Made by a program: the position numbers and the translations under genes. Positions 11,701 to 24,520 of a stretch of 64,000 nucleotides of DNA are shown one piece after another. The first letter of the stretch is position 1. The number at the start of each line of letters is the position of its first letter. Below the pieces are notes generated by a model. The model had not been told where the DNA came from and ran no database searches. It was given only the letters and a program-made list of their open reading frames with translations. Source of the DNA: Podarcis muralis (taxonomy: Eukaryota); NCBI RefSeq assembly GCF_964188315.1, contig NC_135655.1, forward strand, positions 82,212,001-82,276,000. The letters run 5' to 3'.

Positions 11701-13252
11701 TGTTCCTTTGCTTGCATAGTTTAACTGAGGTCTTAGAGAGCTGCAGCCTAGCATTGAAAAGCCTCCTATCACAAGTCAGCCCCAGCCCCGCAGCCCCAGT
11801 AGTGGCACTATGAACGAGGCCTCACCTGCTGGTTGTAGAGTCAACTCAAGAACAAAAGGTAGCTACAATGACTGCAGAATTCAGGTCTTCTCTCATACAT
11901 TAAAGAGGAGGTTCCCACCCCTCTGGGTTTATAAACATAAAACATGCACTTTTCTGATACCAATGCAGATGAAGTCCATCATTGTTCCTATTGTTGTTAG
12001 AACCGTTTTTCTGGGGGAAGGGAGAGTTAGAGTTGTGCAGCCTTTGCCAACCTGGTGACCTTTATAAGTTGTTGGACTTTATTGCCTGTCATCCCTGACC
12101 AACTGCCACTCTGTCTAGGGCTGATGGAAGCTGTTGTCCAGCAACATATAGAGGGCACTACTATTGCTCTAGTACTCTATAGCATCTCTCAGTGGCTGCA
12201 GTGGGTGCATGTGGTGTCCTTACCTGCCAGTCCATCATAAAGAACCCCCTAGCAGCAATTACTCGAAATAAAAGTAACTGCAGATGAAGCTGAGACCTCT
12301 TTCAGCCTCCCATCTGTCCAGCTTCCTCCCACTCTTGCCTGAATCCCTGTGCTTGCTTGCCACTGTATGACCACAACCAAAATCTTCCTTTCTCCTGATT
12401 TCTGCACTGTTTTACTCTCCTTCCTAGCTGCCATCTCCTCTGAAGAAGCATTTTGGTTTGGATTTGCTTACTGCCCTCTCTCCTGCTCTCTTTCTTCCCC
12501 ACATAGCTATCATGTCTCTTTATGCAGCTGAGGGTATGGATGGGTGAATCTGTTAGCTTTGCTTTCTCTCAGTTTCTCATATTTTCCCAATCTCAAGCTG
12601 CACACATTTCCACATCCGTTTACGGGGTCGTTGTTTGTTCTTAGGAAAGTTCCTCAGCATTGCATAGCAAATTACTCCTAATAAATTTATTCTTGCCCAC
12701 AATGTTGCCTGATATAAAGTATGCTTTATTTTTATTCCCGTTGATTTATGCATTCATATGCACATTTCCCCCTAGTTTGTGAATATTACTTGACTGGGGA
12801 TGTGCATTGCAAAATTCAGAGAAGTCTGAATTTTGACCGATGGAATTTTATTGGTTCACATTGCTCCAGAAAGTGTAAACTAGGTACGTTCACCTTTAAA
12901 TGTGCACTGAATCACATCTCTCCCTCATCATAGGCTGTGGGAGGTAAGAGTGCATTGAGTGGTAAGCTGCTACTGCATAGTTCTGCTATAGGCTTGCCTG
13001 TGTTTACTTCTGGTTGGGCTGCCCAGAATGCAGAGCAGAAGTCAGTGGCAGCCTAGCTGGTGCCTCATACTTGTGAAATTGCAAAAGCCACAGGAAACCT
13101 TTGGAGGAGGCCATAGAATCCCGGTTCTCTTGGGTTACTTTGTATAGCATTTTGTATTTTTGAGAGTAGAGTCTTAACAACACTCACAATGTAATAGGCA
13201 GATTGCATTCTAGTGGGGATTTCCATGAAAATATCTGATAACATCAAGCGTT

Positions 13253-13254
<2 letters not shown>

Positions 13255-13296
<42 letters not shown>
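13255..13296. repeat. (GTT)14 microsatellite
   Basis: Direct read. Confidence 0.98.
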
Positions 13297-14051
13297 ATAT
13301 TTATAACCAACCTGTCAACCCAAAGATACCCAGGACAGTAAACAAACAATTCATTAGACTACAACACAACAATATGACATAAAAACCTTGGAACATTAAT
13401 CCTATTCAGAATATAAATGGATATGACTATCATAGCTGATAAATTTCAGTGGGTCTACTCTGGGTATAAGCTAGTTGGATACAACCCGATGGTGAGAATT
13501 AGTGTTATAAAATAGCAAACCAGCTGTTTTCATGATGACACATTTTTAAAGAAGATGGTGGAATCTTCCTGTTATGTATGCTAGGAGGTGCTGTATTTGA
13601 ATGTAATGCTTTTTGGACCCTTGAGCTCCTGTGCTTTTCATGGTGCAGTACTCCAAGGGGAATTTCTTCTTTTAGTCTTGTCTTGTAGAAAGAAAGGGAC
13701 ACTTCCTTCTGATATCTTCCTTATATCCCAACACAACACTTCCCATCTCTTCCACTGAGGTGGTCTGATGGAATGCCTGCTTTCAGGTGATCCTTCACAC
13801 TTGTTAAATTGCAGAGTCCACATGATGTTTCAGTCAACCTCATTCAGCACAAATGATTTTGAAATTGCAAATGACATTGCTCAATGAATGTCAGACAATA
13901 ACTCTGTGGTTTAATTCCTTCATTTTCTGGTTCTCTAGCTAGTAGGAAATTGATGATCAGCTATAAGGGAAATGAAATCGTTCTGAAACCTACAAGTCAA
14001 GTTCCTCTGGAACCAGTTCACAAAAAACCCATTCAGTATTAATATTGCATT

Positions 14052-14990
14052 TTAATTTAAGACAGAGTTCAGCTTCTTGTTAATGAGTTTTCTGAAAGCT
14101 TCCTTAACATCTTTGTTCCTCAAGCTGTAGATCAGAGGATTGAGCATGGGGATCGCTACTGTGTAGAACACAGAAGCCCATTTGTCTTGATCCAAGGCAT
14201 AGACAGAAGTGGGCCGGAGATACATGAAAATCACAGTCCCATAAAATAGAGTGACCCCTGTGAAGTGGGACCCACAGGTAGAGAAGGCTTTGAGCCTCCC
14301 TGAGGGCATTCTCAGGATGGCTGCTAAAATGAAGATGTAAGAGAGAAGGATGATGGAGAGGGAGCTCATCTCAACAAATCCAGCAAATGCAAAAAGCAAA
14401 ATCTCATTAATGTGGGTGTCAGAACAAGCAATTGCCAGCAGTGGAGGGACATCACAGAAGAAATGGTTGATGAGGTTGGAACTGCAGAACTGCAGGCTGA
14501 AGGTGGCTGTTGTGTGTATTATGGCATTAGTTGTGCCAGCAATGTATGACCCAAGTAGGAGCTGGATACAGAGGGACTTGGACATGGCAGTGGAATAGAG
14601 CAATGGGTTGCAGATGGCCACATAGCGGTCATAGGCCATCACTGCTAAAATGTAGCACTCGGCATCCACAAATGCAGCAAAGAAGTAGAACTGGGCAGTG
14701 CATTCAGGAAAGGAGATGATCCTGTTCTCAGATAACAAGTCAGACAGCATTCTGGGGGCAATGGCAGATGAGTAGCAGATGTCACAGAAGGACAGGTGCC
14801 AGAGGAAGAAGTACATAGGATTGTGAAGGTGGGACTCAAGTGTGATCAAGATGATCATGCCCAGGTTTCCCACAACATTGACCAGATAGATGATCAGGAA
14901 TACCACAAAGAACAAGACTTTCATACCTGGATCATTTGAGATGCCCTGGAGAATGAACTCGGTGATGGTGGTACTGTTTTCATTCACCAT
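14052..14990 (-). CDS. Olfactory receptor OR5AR-like (paralog B), 312 aa
   Basis: All OR motifs intact; 16 aa differences from allele A. Confidence 0.98.
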   Translation of the reverse strand: MVNENSTTITEFILQGISNDPGMKVLFFVVFLIIYLVNVVGNLGMIILITLESHLHNPMYFFLWHLSFCDICYSSAIAPRMLSDLLSENRIISFPECTAQFYFFAAFVDAECYILAVMAYDRYVAICNPLLYSTAMSKSLCIQLLLGSYIAGTTNAIIHTTATFSLQFCSSNLINHFFCDVPPLLAIACSDTHINEILLFAFAGFVEMSSLSIILLSYIFILAAILRMPSGRLKAFSTCGSHFTGVTLFYGTVIFMYLRPTSVYALDQDKWASVFYTVAIPMLNPLIYSLRNKDVKEAFRKLINKKLNSVLN

Positions 14991-15579
14991 TTTAAGGAAA
15001 AGATACAGTGGTCTGAAGAAATATAGGAAATGTGGATGGCAGGGTTGTTTTAAATATTAATTAGTCTATGAGATATCATAGTTTGCTTGGGTCCCAGTTG
15101 CTCTGAGAGGCTGATGATGTCATAGCTGGGTCTTACCAAGGCTTCTTGTGGAGATTTTAGAAGATCCAGAGTTCCTGAGTGATGCTCCCCTTTCTCTTTT
15201 CCTTGAACCTTTCTACGGGTGGGAGAGATGAACTCTGACGTTTTGATCATTGGTTAAGTCAGCATCCTACTGATCCCTGTAAACTCCTGGGTGTCTATTT
15301 ATTGTGCATTGTGTTTCCTTCCTCTGAAAAATGATGCGGTAATTAAAGAGTAGGAATGGCAGTGGCAGGGAGCTCTGTCCCCAGAGGATTTCTGATCTCT
15401 GATTCCCTCATCAGGAGACATATCTTTGTGGAGGTGTCAAGGGTATAGGCATCCCATGCAATTTGCTTTCTCATTGTGCTCCCTGTCATTTTCCCTCCCC
15501 TCTTGCAAAAGAAAATACATGGCATGCATTTCTCTTGCTTTCTGGCAGGGTTTCTCAGGCAATGGGACTAATTGTGGTT

Positions 15580-16047
15580 TGTCAGGGGCCCTCATTTTCC
15601 TTCCTGCACCTGACATCACCAACGCTCTCAAGGACTGGCAGGACTCTGAATGGTGTGCAGTGAAGGCAGGGGACCAGGGGAGTTACCCAGGCAAGGGGAC
15701 CATCGATTTATGGGTCCTGACAGTGCCTACAAAGCAGGAGCCAGGGGAGAGTCAGGACAGTATGGGATGGAGGAAGGCACGCAAGATGGGGCAGCAGAAG
15801 AAGAGGCAGTTCAGCTAACATATGGATCAGTAGACTTTCCACCTTCCCCTGCCTGCTGTCTCCTAGAACCAGGAGAGGCTTGTAGTGGGAAGACAATCAG
15901 CACCTTCTGTGTTGCTAGAAGTCTCAGGTTGCAGGAGCACAACCCATCAGGGGAGGACGTATAAGCTGGTGGAGGCGGGAGTTTCCCTGTTGCTGCAAGT
16001 GCTCCATAAGTCCCTGACTCATGGGTGCTGGCTCCCTTGGGCCCTGA
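15580..16047 (+). mobile_element. LTR-like element, diverged and internally shortened copy
   Basis: Homologous to 4984-5415; ends GGGCCCTGA, where the SINE begins. Confidence 0.45.
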
Positions 16048-16329
16048 GAGCCAGTGTGGTGTAGTGGCTAAGAGCAGTAGTCTCATAATCTGGGGACCTG
16101 GGTTCGCATCTCCGCTCCTCCATATGCAGCTGCTGGGTGACCTTGGGCTAGTCACACTTCTCTGAAGTCTCTCAGCCCCACTCACCTCACAGAGTGTTTG
16201 TTGTGGGGGAGGTAGGGAAAGGAGAATGTTAGCCGCTTTGAGACTCCTTTGGGTAGTGATAAAGCGGGATATCAAATCCAAACTCCTCCTCCTCCTCCTC
16301 CTCCTCCTCCTCCTCCTCCTCTTCTCCTC
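16046..16329 (+). mobile_element. tRNA-derived SINE (Squam3-like) with (CTC)n tail
   Basis: A-box-like TGGTGTAGTGG and B-box-like GGTTCGCATCT; LINE-like 3' end; second copy at 34075-34308. Confidence 0.8.
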
Positions 16330-16381
16330 ACACACACTTCTGTGGAACAATTGTGTCATGCAATGAATTTTTTAATCTAGA

Positions 16382-16490
16382 ATGGGGATGAGGAACCTGT
16401 GGCCCTCTGGATGTTATTGGACTACAACTCCCATCATCCCTGCACATTGATCATCTTGGCTGGAGTCCAACTACCTCTAGAGGGCCACTG
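16382..16490. mobile_element. hAT-type MITE
   Basis: Core ggactacaactcccatcatccctg with flanking ggccctct/agagggcc inverted arms. Confidence 0.6.
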
Positions 16491-17431
16491 GATGTTGAAT
16501 TACTGTTTCTTCACACAACAGCACTGATGTAATAGCCACCAACACCCAGAACAAATAACCCTTTGCAATAACAGAGGCCAGTTTTATCATATACTTTCTA
16601 ATTTATTATCATTGTTTTATTAAACAGGAAACATACAATTTTAAAAGAAATTGTTATCTTTATATTTATTTTCAAATTATATTATAGCATCTCAACTAAA
16701 TAAGTGAGGAGTGAACTTTGTTATGCTCATAGATGTTCTCTATGAGAGCAATATATTGATCTAGGATATACACAGGTGGCTAATATTGCAATCCTATGCA
16801 GCATGCCTTATCAAAAGTAAGTCTCATTGAGTTAAATGCAGAGATAAGTTCAATAAACATCTTAATGAGAAACTGCCTCTAATTTTTTCTTCCAGAAGCA
16901 ATATGCAGCCCAAAGGCAGCCATCCTTTGAAATCAGCACTTCTCTGAATTTTGTGATGCAGTTCCCCAACTAAATTATGTGTAAAAATGCATTGTATTTG
17001 GGGAAATGGGCACTAAAGTGCTGATGAATTTTTGTGAGGACTTAAGTGCAGAACTGAACCTAAGTTTGGAAAACCAAAAAACTAGCACATTTAAAATGAC
17101 AGATTTATACATCCTTAGTTAAATGAGATGCCCCAGTAAGTGGGTATAGGATGGCAGCCTAGGGTTCAGATACTTTATCGGGGGAAATGATCTAAAATGA
17201 TTGTTATCTGCAGCAATAGTCAGCCTCAAAATGGGCAGAGGGAGAAAAGGAAGAATTACTCCAACATGAATGGTTCTTATGAGTATGAAAAATAGTGTCT
17301 CACAAATAATGCATTATACAAATGAGGTTCTGAGGGCACATCTACATAAAAACACATGACAAAAGATCTTACTAATGAGTAATAATGCTAAGCTACTAGA
17401 AACAAAACTGCATGCTTCCAGTTATATTCAT

Positions 17432-18367
17432 TCATGCTGTCCTCCATTTCATTGCTAGTTTCTTCAGAGCATGTTTTACATCCTTGTTCCTGAGGCTGTA
17501 GATGAGGGGATTAAGCATAGGAATCACTACTGTGTAGAAAACAGAGACCACTTTGTCCCTTTCCAAAGCATAGCTGGAGCTGGGCCGTGAGTAGATGAAG
17601 AGGATAGAGCCATAGTACAAAGTAACTGCAATCAGATGAGAGGCACATGTGGAGAAGGCTTTCAGTCTCCCTTCAGTGGAGCGGATCCTCAAGATGGCAG
17701 CCAGAATGAAGGCATAGGAGGCAAGGATAAGTGCAGAGGGTGTAATTACATTAGAAGCCAAAATGAAGTACAACACGGACTGATAGCTCTTGGGCACGTT
17801 GCAGGATAGCTTCACCAATGGAGGTAAGTCACAGAAGAAGTCATCAATGACGTTGCCATCACAGAAGCTCAATGTGAAGGTTTCACTAGTGATTAAGGTG
17901 GAATTGATGAACCCACCTAAATATGAGAGGGCCACCAGTGCTGTGCACAGCTTTCTGGACATGGCAGTGGCATACAACAATGGCTTGGCTATGGCCATAT
18001 AACGGTCATAGGCCATGGCTGCCAGAAGGTAGCACTCGCTATAGGCAAGGGCAGCTGAGAAGAAGAATTGGGAGGCACAGCCACCAAAGGAAATGCTCTT
18101 GTCTTCAGAGATGCAGTTCACCAAGATCTTTGGCGTATAGATGGAGGAATACCACAGATCCAGGAAGGAAAGGTTCCCAATGAAGAAATACATGGGCGTA
18201 TGGAGGTGAGAGCTGCTGCAGATTAGAGCAATTAATGTGATATTCCCTGCCAGGCTGGCTATATATATTAGTAGAAACAGTACAAATAAGATCAGCTGCA
18301 GTTTAGGGTTTGTTGTAAAACCCAGGAGAATGAAGTCGGTCACTGTGGTGAGATTTCCTTCCTCCAT
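17432..18367 (-). CDS. Olfactory receptor OR9G-like, 311 aa (start MEEGNLT)
   Basis: OR motifs plus OR9G-type signatures [38 protein letters not shown] and IDDFFCD. The ORF-track extension to 18448 starts at a non-ATG codon. Confidence 0.97.
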   Translation of the reverse strand: MEEGNLTTVTDFILLGFTTNPKLQLILFVLFLLIYIASLAGNITLIALICSSSHLHTPMYFFIGNLSFLDLWYSSIYTPKILVNCISEDKSISFGGCASQFFFSAALAYSECYLLAAMAYDRYMAIAKPLLYATAMSRKLCTALVALSYLGGFINSTLITSETFTLSFCDGNVIDDFFCDLPPLVKLSCNVPKSYQSVLYFILASNVITPSALILASYAFILAAILRIRSTEGRLKAFSTCASHLIAVTLYYGSILFIYSRPSSSYALERDKVVSVFYTVVIPMLNPLIYSLRNKDVKHALKKLAMKWRTA

Positions 18368-18519
18368 GAAGCTATGTGGAATTAGCTGGTAAGGAAATTG
18401 AATATATACACTGAAGTTCTGGTCTATCAGAATAGTATCAGTTCTCAATGAGCTACATCAGGGATGGAGAACCTCAAGACCTTATCTACGACACACCCTC
18501 TCCATGCTACACTCCCTCT

Positions 18520-18905
18520 AGAGATGGGCAATAAATTCTATTCAGGTCTAATTTGAAGCCGAATCTATCAAATTTGCACTTTCGGAACCACTATGCAAAC
18601 CGAGACACAGCTATCCTTTGAAATTTTCACTCATCCCGATTTTGCTATGCGGTTTGCCAACCAAACATTATTTACAAAAGTGCATATATATAATGGGAAT
18701 GTGGATATTTAAAACATGTAATTTAGTGAAAACTGTGTATACAAATGTGTTTATTGGAAGAAACCTAAACTAAAATGCTGATGAATTTTCATGAGGATTT
18801 CATTATTATTATTTTGCAACTTGCTGCAAAATGTGAAGAACGGAATTTGAAATGGGGAAAACAGAGAGAACTGAAATGGACAGATCCATCCATCCATCCC
18901 ATCTC
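18520..18905 (+). mobile_element. Dispersed squamate repeat (MITE-like); related copies at ~16900-17115 and ~26990-27170 (-)
   Basis: Shared blocks 'cagctatcctttgaaatt', 'aaaatgctgatgaattttcatgagga' and 'gaaatggacagat'. Confidence 0.5.
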
Positions 18906-19566
18906 CCCTCCCTGAGGCATCTTGAAGACTTTGGCTTGGCTGAAATGAGTCCCTGAACTGTGAAAATGCCTTTTACTTGACTGGATGGATCTCTGTTTCT
19001 CACTCTCACTCTATATATTTGTTTGCACAGAAACCTCTGATTTTTCCACAGGCAGAATGCAGCTTACTGTGCAGAGGTGTCACAGCTGCTGCTTCACCCA
19101 GTTTTGCCCTGGCCCCTGTACATCACTGACATGTGGTCCTTGGAAGCTTGCCCTTGAGGAAAGGACACCACTGAGCTGAAAAAAGTCCCCACCTCTGAGC
19201 TAAATGGCTTGTGGTGTTCTCAGCATCTGGAAAATAAGGATCTCTGATCTTAACAATTAGCAGAGGACATCAGTGGAAAAGGATGCAAGCAATGCTCTTC
19301 TTACACACTCCAAATTCTTCCACAACCCTGTTGCCCTATCCAATGTGCTATATAAAGATCCAAATTTCACTTATTGTTAAAAGTTTTGATTTACTTGGTT
19401 ATGCCCACCATTTTATGGCTGATTGGACATTCTATGTCCTTTTAAATGTGTTTATGGGAGGGGCTATTGGTTTGCTTTTGTTTTATTATGCATTTTGTAT
19501 TCCCAGTTTGCATTTTTATGTCATAAGCTGCCCTGTGATGTTCAGATGATGGGAGGCATACAAAGT

Positions 19567-19611
<45 letters not shown>
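19567..19611. repeat. (TAA)n microsatellite
   Basis: Direct read. Confidence 0.97.
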
Positions 19612-19612
<1 letters not shown>

Positions 19613-22139
19613 GATTTTCTGCCCCTCCTTTGTAAACTCAGATGTTTAGAATAGGTGTATTTGGAACATAAATAGAAACTAGGTAGAAAGCAATATGAAA
19701 GAGCAGCAATTGAAGCAGAAAGGACAGTTGCTTTCCATTTTGAGTGCTTCATTTCTGCTTAAGAAATATGCTTTCAAAATGGGATTTACACATGAACTCA
19801 TTTTAATGGGAGTTGTATTAGAGCCATATTTATTATATTGCATTAATCTTTCTTTAATCCAATTTTATTGTTTTAAAAAATTACTGACATATACCCAGAG
19901 GCATTTCAAGCATGCTTTTAAAAGTGTTGCCATTAGTGCCAATCTCCGTCACAATTATAACCTTGATTTTAATCTGGGTAGCCAAGTCTTTGAAGTGTGT
20001 TGCCTTTGATTGCCTTACCTTCTCCAGCCCAGGCAACGAGGCTTGTCATCAATCTCCTCCTCCTTGTTCTTTCCAGAAAACATTTCAAAGACAACAAAAC
20101 AACCAGGTGCATAACATACGCTTTGAGAATTGATTCTCAGATGTGATTTGCTTGGTCAGTCAACTGATTTCTTCTGCGGGTTTTGTGCTGTACAAGCCAG
20201 TATGCAGGGAGGAGTGAAAGAGGGTGTGTCTGTTTCTTATCATATAGAATCAAATATCTATAGAATCAAATAAGCTGAACCTGTTAGGTGATAAAGCTCT
20301 GGAACAAAATTTAGCTCTTAATCTTGATGGCACCCACTGGTCATAGGGCACAATATGATAGTCATGGATGGTGCTGATTCCAGAAGAAAATGAGCTTATT
20401 CAATCTCTGGACTGATTTATATAAGTGCTGGAACCAGCAATTCACCCACAACCCATTAGTGGCTTCAGATCAGAAAAATATTATTTGATATTTAGTCAGA
20501 GCATTCTATTGTCTCTGGAGGATATTGTCCCAGTGGCCTCTTTAATGACACAAAACTTCTCATGCTCTGCTGGGATTTGGTTTTATGCCTTTGGAATAAC
20601 CTAATATATGGGCAAGCAAATCAAGAGTGTTACTTGTTGAGGAAATAGACTTTGAGAACCCATTCCCCAAATCTCTCTAGTGGCCATTTCTTTCTCTGGA
20701 TGCCTTCAGGTATATATTTGGAAGAGCTGAAAGAGAACAAGAAGATAGGGAGAGAGGGAACATAATGTAGGGGGAACATCAGGATTATTTAGGGCGAGCA
20801 TCAGAATAGCTAGTGCAGACCGGAGGAGATGTTTTTGTTACTTCAGTCATCACCATTATCTTGTAACTAACTGTAATGTTTGGCTGCTTCATAAGATCAC
20901 ACACCTATTTAATTAATTAAAGTAGTTTTTGCAAACCTCAATTACCTCAGTTCCACTTACTGAAGTCCTGAAGCCCTTGCTCCTACATTCAGATTCAGCA
21001 TCCTTGTTCTTGTCCAGGGTCCTGATCTCACTCCACTATAAAATTAGACCAGGCAGTCCAGGGCTTGCCTCGCATCATCCTGTTTGAAGCACTGTCTCTA
21101 CTCAGTGACGGAGACCACTATGGATTAGGAAAAATATTTACTTGGTTTTTTCCATCATCATTTCCAACAAAATAATTTCCTTCCTAAACAAAAGACTTGG
21201 CTTTATATAATATTTCATTGATTCCCAAAGTTTCTCGACTGGGTTGTAAGAAAGAGCTCAGAAGTTCTTTTTCTGCCTTAAAATATTTTCCCTCATCTTT
21301 CTGAATTTGTTTTATTAACCCTCTTTTCTACTGATTCCATCATCACTGAAGCTTCTTCACCTTAGTAAAGAGAGCCGGAAGGACAAACCCTAAAATTGAA
21401 ATATTCGACAGCAGGTTGCTTGCAGTGTAAGAATTTTACATTATTGTTGTAGGCATATTTTAAGGTAGATGAAAAGACTTTTGGTATGGAATGAAACAAG
21501 TAGTAAAGAACAGTTTAATTAATCTATTTTTTCTTTAATATCAATGATACCTTACATTCCTGCCCATCCTCACCTGACGTCCATGCATTTGATATAATGT
21601 CTAAAAGTATAATTACTATATGCACAATTTGTGGGTTCTCAACTTTTGACCTCAAAAGCTTTAGACATATCTATTATACTCTTTCCTTGAATATTTTTGA
21701 AGAGGAAAATTGCAGGCACCATTACTTAGATACCTGAAACTGATAAAAAGGAGACTCAGATTTGGAAGAATAATGATAAGCATAACTTCACTCAGCAGGC
21801 ATAAAACCTAATTGCAGACTATTTGTAGCACAACAGAGCATAGCTACAAGGGGGTAGAATCCAGCTGAGTCATGTGATTTGGTTGACTGTGAAAATCAGT
21901 TGTTACTTTTCACATACCAGTGCAGGAAATTCAAATACTCTCTTCATGGGAAAATAGATAAAATTACTTTATCTATTATTAACAATATGAATATCATTTC
22001 CTATAAATTTCATGGCAGAGGTTGGATGGCCATCCTCTGGCATGGGTGCTTTAGTTTAGATTCCTGGATTGCAAGAGGTGGGGGTGTCTTCCAACTCTAC
22101 AATTCAATGAATCAATGAAGCCCTCAACTTTCATGGGGC

Positions 22140-22830
22140 TTTGTTCCGGAAAAGAACAAAAGACAAAATTTCATCTGGTCAAAACACAATGGGTTCAATG
22201 GTGAGTTGGATTGCCTGTATACTGAGATGTTATAACACAGTTCTGGGACACAATATACAGATGGAGGAATGGGAAAAACTATGGAAGAAAGAGATAAAAT
22301 TTACACCATGTGTGGTGATTAAAGAAAATTATATGAAAATGATGTATACATGGTATCTCATACCTACGGGACCGTCTCTCCTGGTATGCCCCACAGAGGA
22401 CCTTACAGTCCACAAATAATAACATCTTGGAGGTCATGAGCCTCAAGGAGATTAGACTGGCCTTGACCAGGCCAAGGCCTTTTCAGCCATGGCCCCAGCC
22501 TGGTGGAACACTCTGTCACAAAAGACCAGGGACCTTCGGGATTTGACATCTTTCCACATGGCCTGCAAGACGAAGCTGTTCTACCAGGCCTTTATTGCAT
22601 ATATACAGAAACAATGTACATTGGCAGGGTTTTAAGAATACTTGTCATTTATTATGAACAGATAATAAGTAATGCAAATGGTTAAAACTTTATAATGGAC
22701 ATGTAGCACATTGATATACAATGGAACCAAGGAAGGGAATAGAGGGAAGTCAATCTGGTTTTTTTATTGTTGTTTGTTTTGTTTTTGTTATTGTTGGAAA
22801 ATGAATAAAATGTTATAGGTAAAAAAGAGA
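22140..22830 (+). mobile_element. L1/Tx1-clade LINE 3' fragment (interrupted by an L2 piece)
   Basis: Translation WEKLWKKEIKFTPCVVIKENYMKMMYTWYL resembles the reptile L1 ORF2 C-terminal region; A-rich end at ~22800-22830. Confidence 0.55.
22367..22595 (+). mobile_element. L2 LINE 3' fragment
   Basis: 'gccttttcagccatggccccagcctggtggaacactct...aagacgaagctgttctaccaggccttt' (AFS..AP..WN.L...KT.LF..AF type). Confidence 0.55.
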
Positions 22831-23118
22831 GAGATGTTATAACACAGTTCTGAAGAGATTTGAAAAGCTAAGATGGAAGAGAGCATATTTATTGCTCATA
22901 TTTATTCAGAAACAGTTGCCTCCATTTGAGACTTACACATATTAAATTCATAGCTGTGGGTCATGTGTAGCTGAGAAGGGGAAAAACTGAGTTCTTAATA
23001 CAGTTCCTCAAATGGAAGATATTGGGAAGGTATGACAATGAAAGCATACAAATATGTGCTATAAAACCAGTTTACAATATAAATAAATCTACTATGTCAT
23101 ATTTAAAGTCTTCTTCAT

Positions 23119-24054
23119 TTAGAAACCTGTCTTTCTTGTCATCAACTTCTTCACAGCCTTTTTCACATCCTTGTTCCTTAAGCTATAAATCAGGGGGTTC
23201 AGCATGGGAAAGACCACTGTGTAGAATGTGGAAGCCCATTTGTCACGCTCCAAAGCATAGCTGGAACTGGGGCGTGAGTAAATGAAGAGTATGGAGCCAT
23301 AGTATAAGGTGACAGCTGTCAGGTGGGAAGCACATGTGGAGAAGGCTTTGCGCCTGCCATCAGTGGAGCGGATTCTCAAGATGGCTACTAGGATAAAGAT
23401 ATAGGAGGCAAGGATGAAGGCTGAAGGGGCAATGATGTTTAAAGTCAGGAGGACGTAGAGCATAGTCTGGTAATTGTCAGTCACATCACAGGAAAGCTTC
23501 ACCAATGGAGGTACGTCACAGAAGAAGTCATCAATGACATTGCCATCACAGAAGCTCAATGTGAAGGTTTCACTAGTAAGGACAGTGGCATTGATGAACC
23601 CACCTAGATATGAGAGGGCCACCAGTGCTGTGCACAGCTTTTTGGACATGGCAGTGGCATAGGACAGTGGCTTAGCAATGGCCACATAACGATCATAGGC
23701 CATGGCTGCCAGAAGGTAGCATTCGCTATAGGCAAGGGCAGCTGAGAAGAAGAATTGGGAGGCACAACCACCAAAGGAAATGCTCTTGTCTTCAGAGATG
23801 CAGTTCACCAAGATCCTTGGCGTATAGACGGAGGAATACCACAGATCCAGGAAGGAAAGGTTCCCAATGAAGAAATACATGGGCGTATGGAGGTGAGAGC
23901 TGCTGCAGATTAGAAGAATGAGTGCAATGTTCCCGGCTAGACTAGCTAGATAAATGATGAGAAACACCACAAACAGTATCAGTTGCAGTTTGGGATTTGT
24001 TGTGAATCCCAAAAGGATGAATTCAGTGACTGTGGTGTGATTTCCTCCTTCCAT
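23119..24054 (-). CDS. Olfactory receptor OR9G-like, 311 aa (start MEGGNHT)
   Basis: Intact OR motifs. The upstream in-frame ATG at 24135 lies beyond a predicted splice acceptor (TTTTCAG at 24085). Confidence 0.97.
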   Translation of the reverse strand: MEGGNHTTVTEFILLGFTTNPKLQLILFVVFLIIYLASLAGNIALILLICSSSHLHTPMYFFIGNLSFLDLWYSSVYTPRILVNCISEDKSISFGGCASQFFFSAALAYSECYLLAAMAYDRYVAIAKPLSYATAMSKKLCTALVALSYLGGFINATVLTSETFTLSFCDGNVIDDFFCDVPPLVKLSCDVTDNYQTMLYVLLTLNIIAPSAFILASYIFILVAILRIRSTDGRRKAFSTCASHLTAVTLYYGSILFIYSRPSSSYALERDKWASTFYTVVFPMLNPLIYSLRNKDVKKAVKKLMTRKTGF

Positions 24055-24310
24055 GAATCTTCTGTCAATCATTGGCTGAAGGACCTGAAAACACACAGGA
24101 CACTTAACACTTGGAATGGCACCATGGTGTCCCATTAAAGCTCCTTTTCCTCAATATGTTCTGAATCAGAGAGCTCACAAGGGCAATTAAAAATGGGGAG
24201 GGAGGAGATTACTTGTTTAATGGGATTCTCACTAATACACACTTCAGAATTATTTTGAGCTTTCAGATTTCTCACCTGGAACAAAGCCATGTTTTTACAA
24301 AGTCTATATA

Positions 24311-24520
24311 CCGTATTGGCCTGAATATAAGCCACACTCGAATATAAGCCGCTCCCTTAAAATTCTGCAGCATTCACACTCATTCCATTTTACCGCATGT
24401 CTCTTTCAACAGCAATATTGTAAAAGCCCATTTTTGTAAGGTAACAAAATTAAGCCACACTTTTAACTGTTCACGGTCAGAATTTGGAGAAAAAGTGAGG
24501 CTTGTATTCAGGCCACTGTG
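24311..24520. mobile_element. Tc1/mariner-type MITE
   Basis: Imperfect TIRs ccgtattggcctgaatataagcc / ggcttgtattcaggccactgtg; preceded by TA; absent from the paralogous flank at ~29850. Confidence 0.65.

Larger units (their letters stand above)
1..16007. repeat. Tandem segmental duplication, ~5.47-kb period, ~3 units, each with one OR gene
   Basis: The ORF track repeats at offsets 5484/5483/5468 (36->5520->10988; 859->6342->11810; 3465->8933). Units 1 and 2 are near-identical from ~350 onward. Unit 3 diverges from ~12175 and lacks the 346-bp Penelope insert. Confidence 0.97.

Noticed and set aside
15811-16359. 182-aa poly-Arg ORF
   Set aside because: Antisense reading of the SINE and its (CTC)n tail.
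20995-21015. Minus-strand KNKDAE resembling the OR RNKDVK motif
   Set aside because: Only ~12 nt match, with no flanking OR homology; expected by chance.
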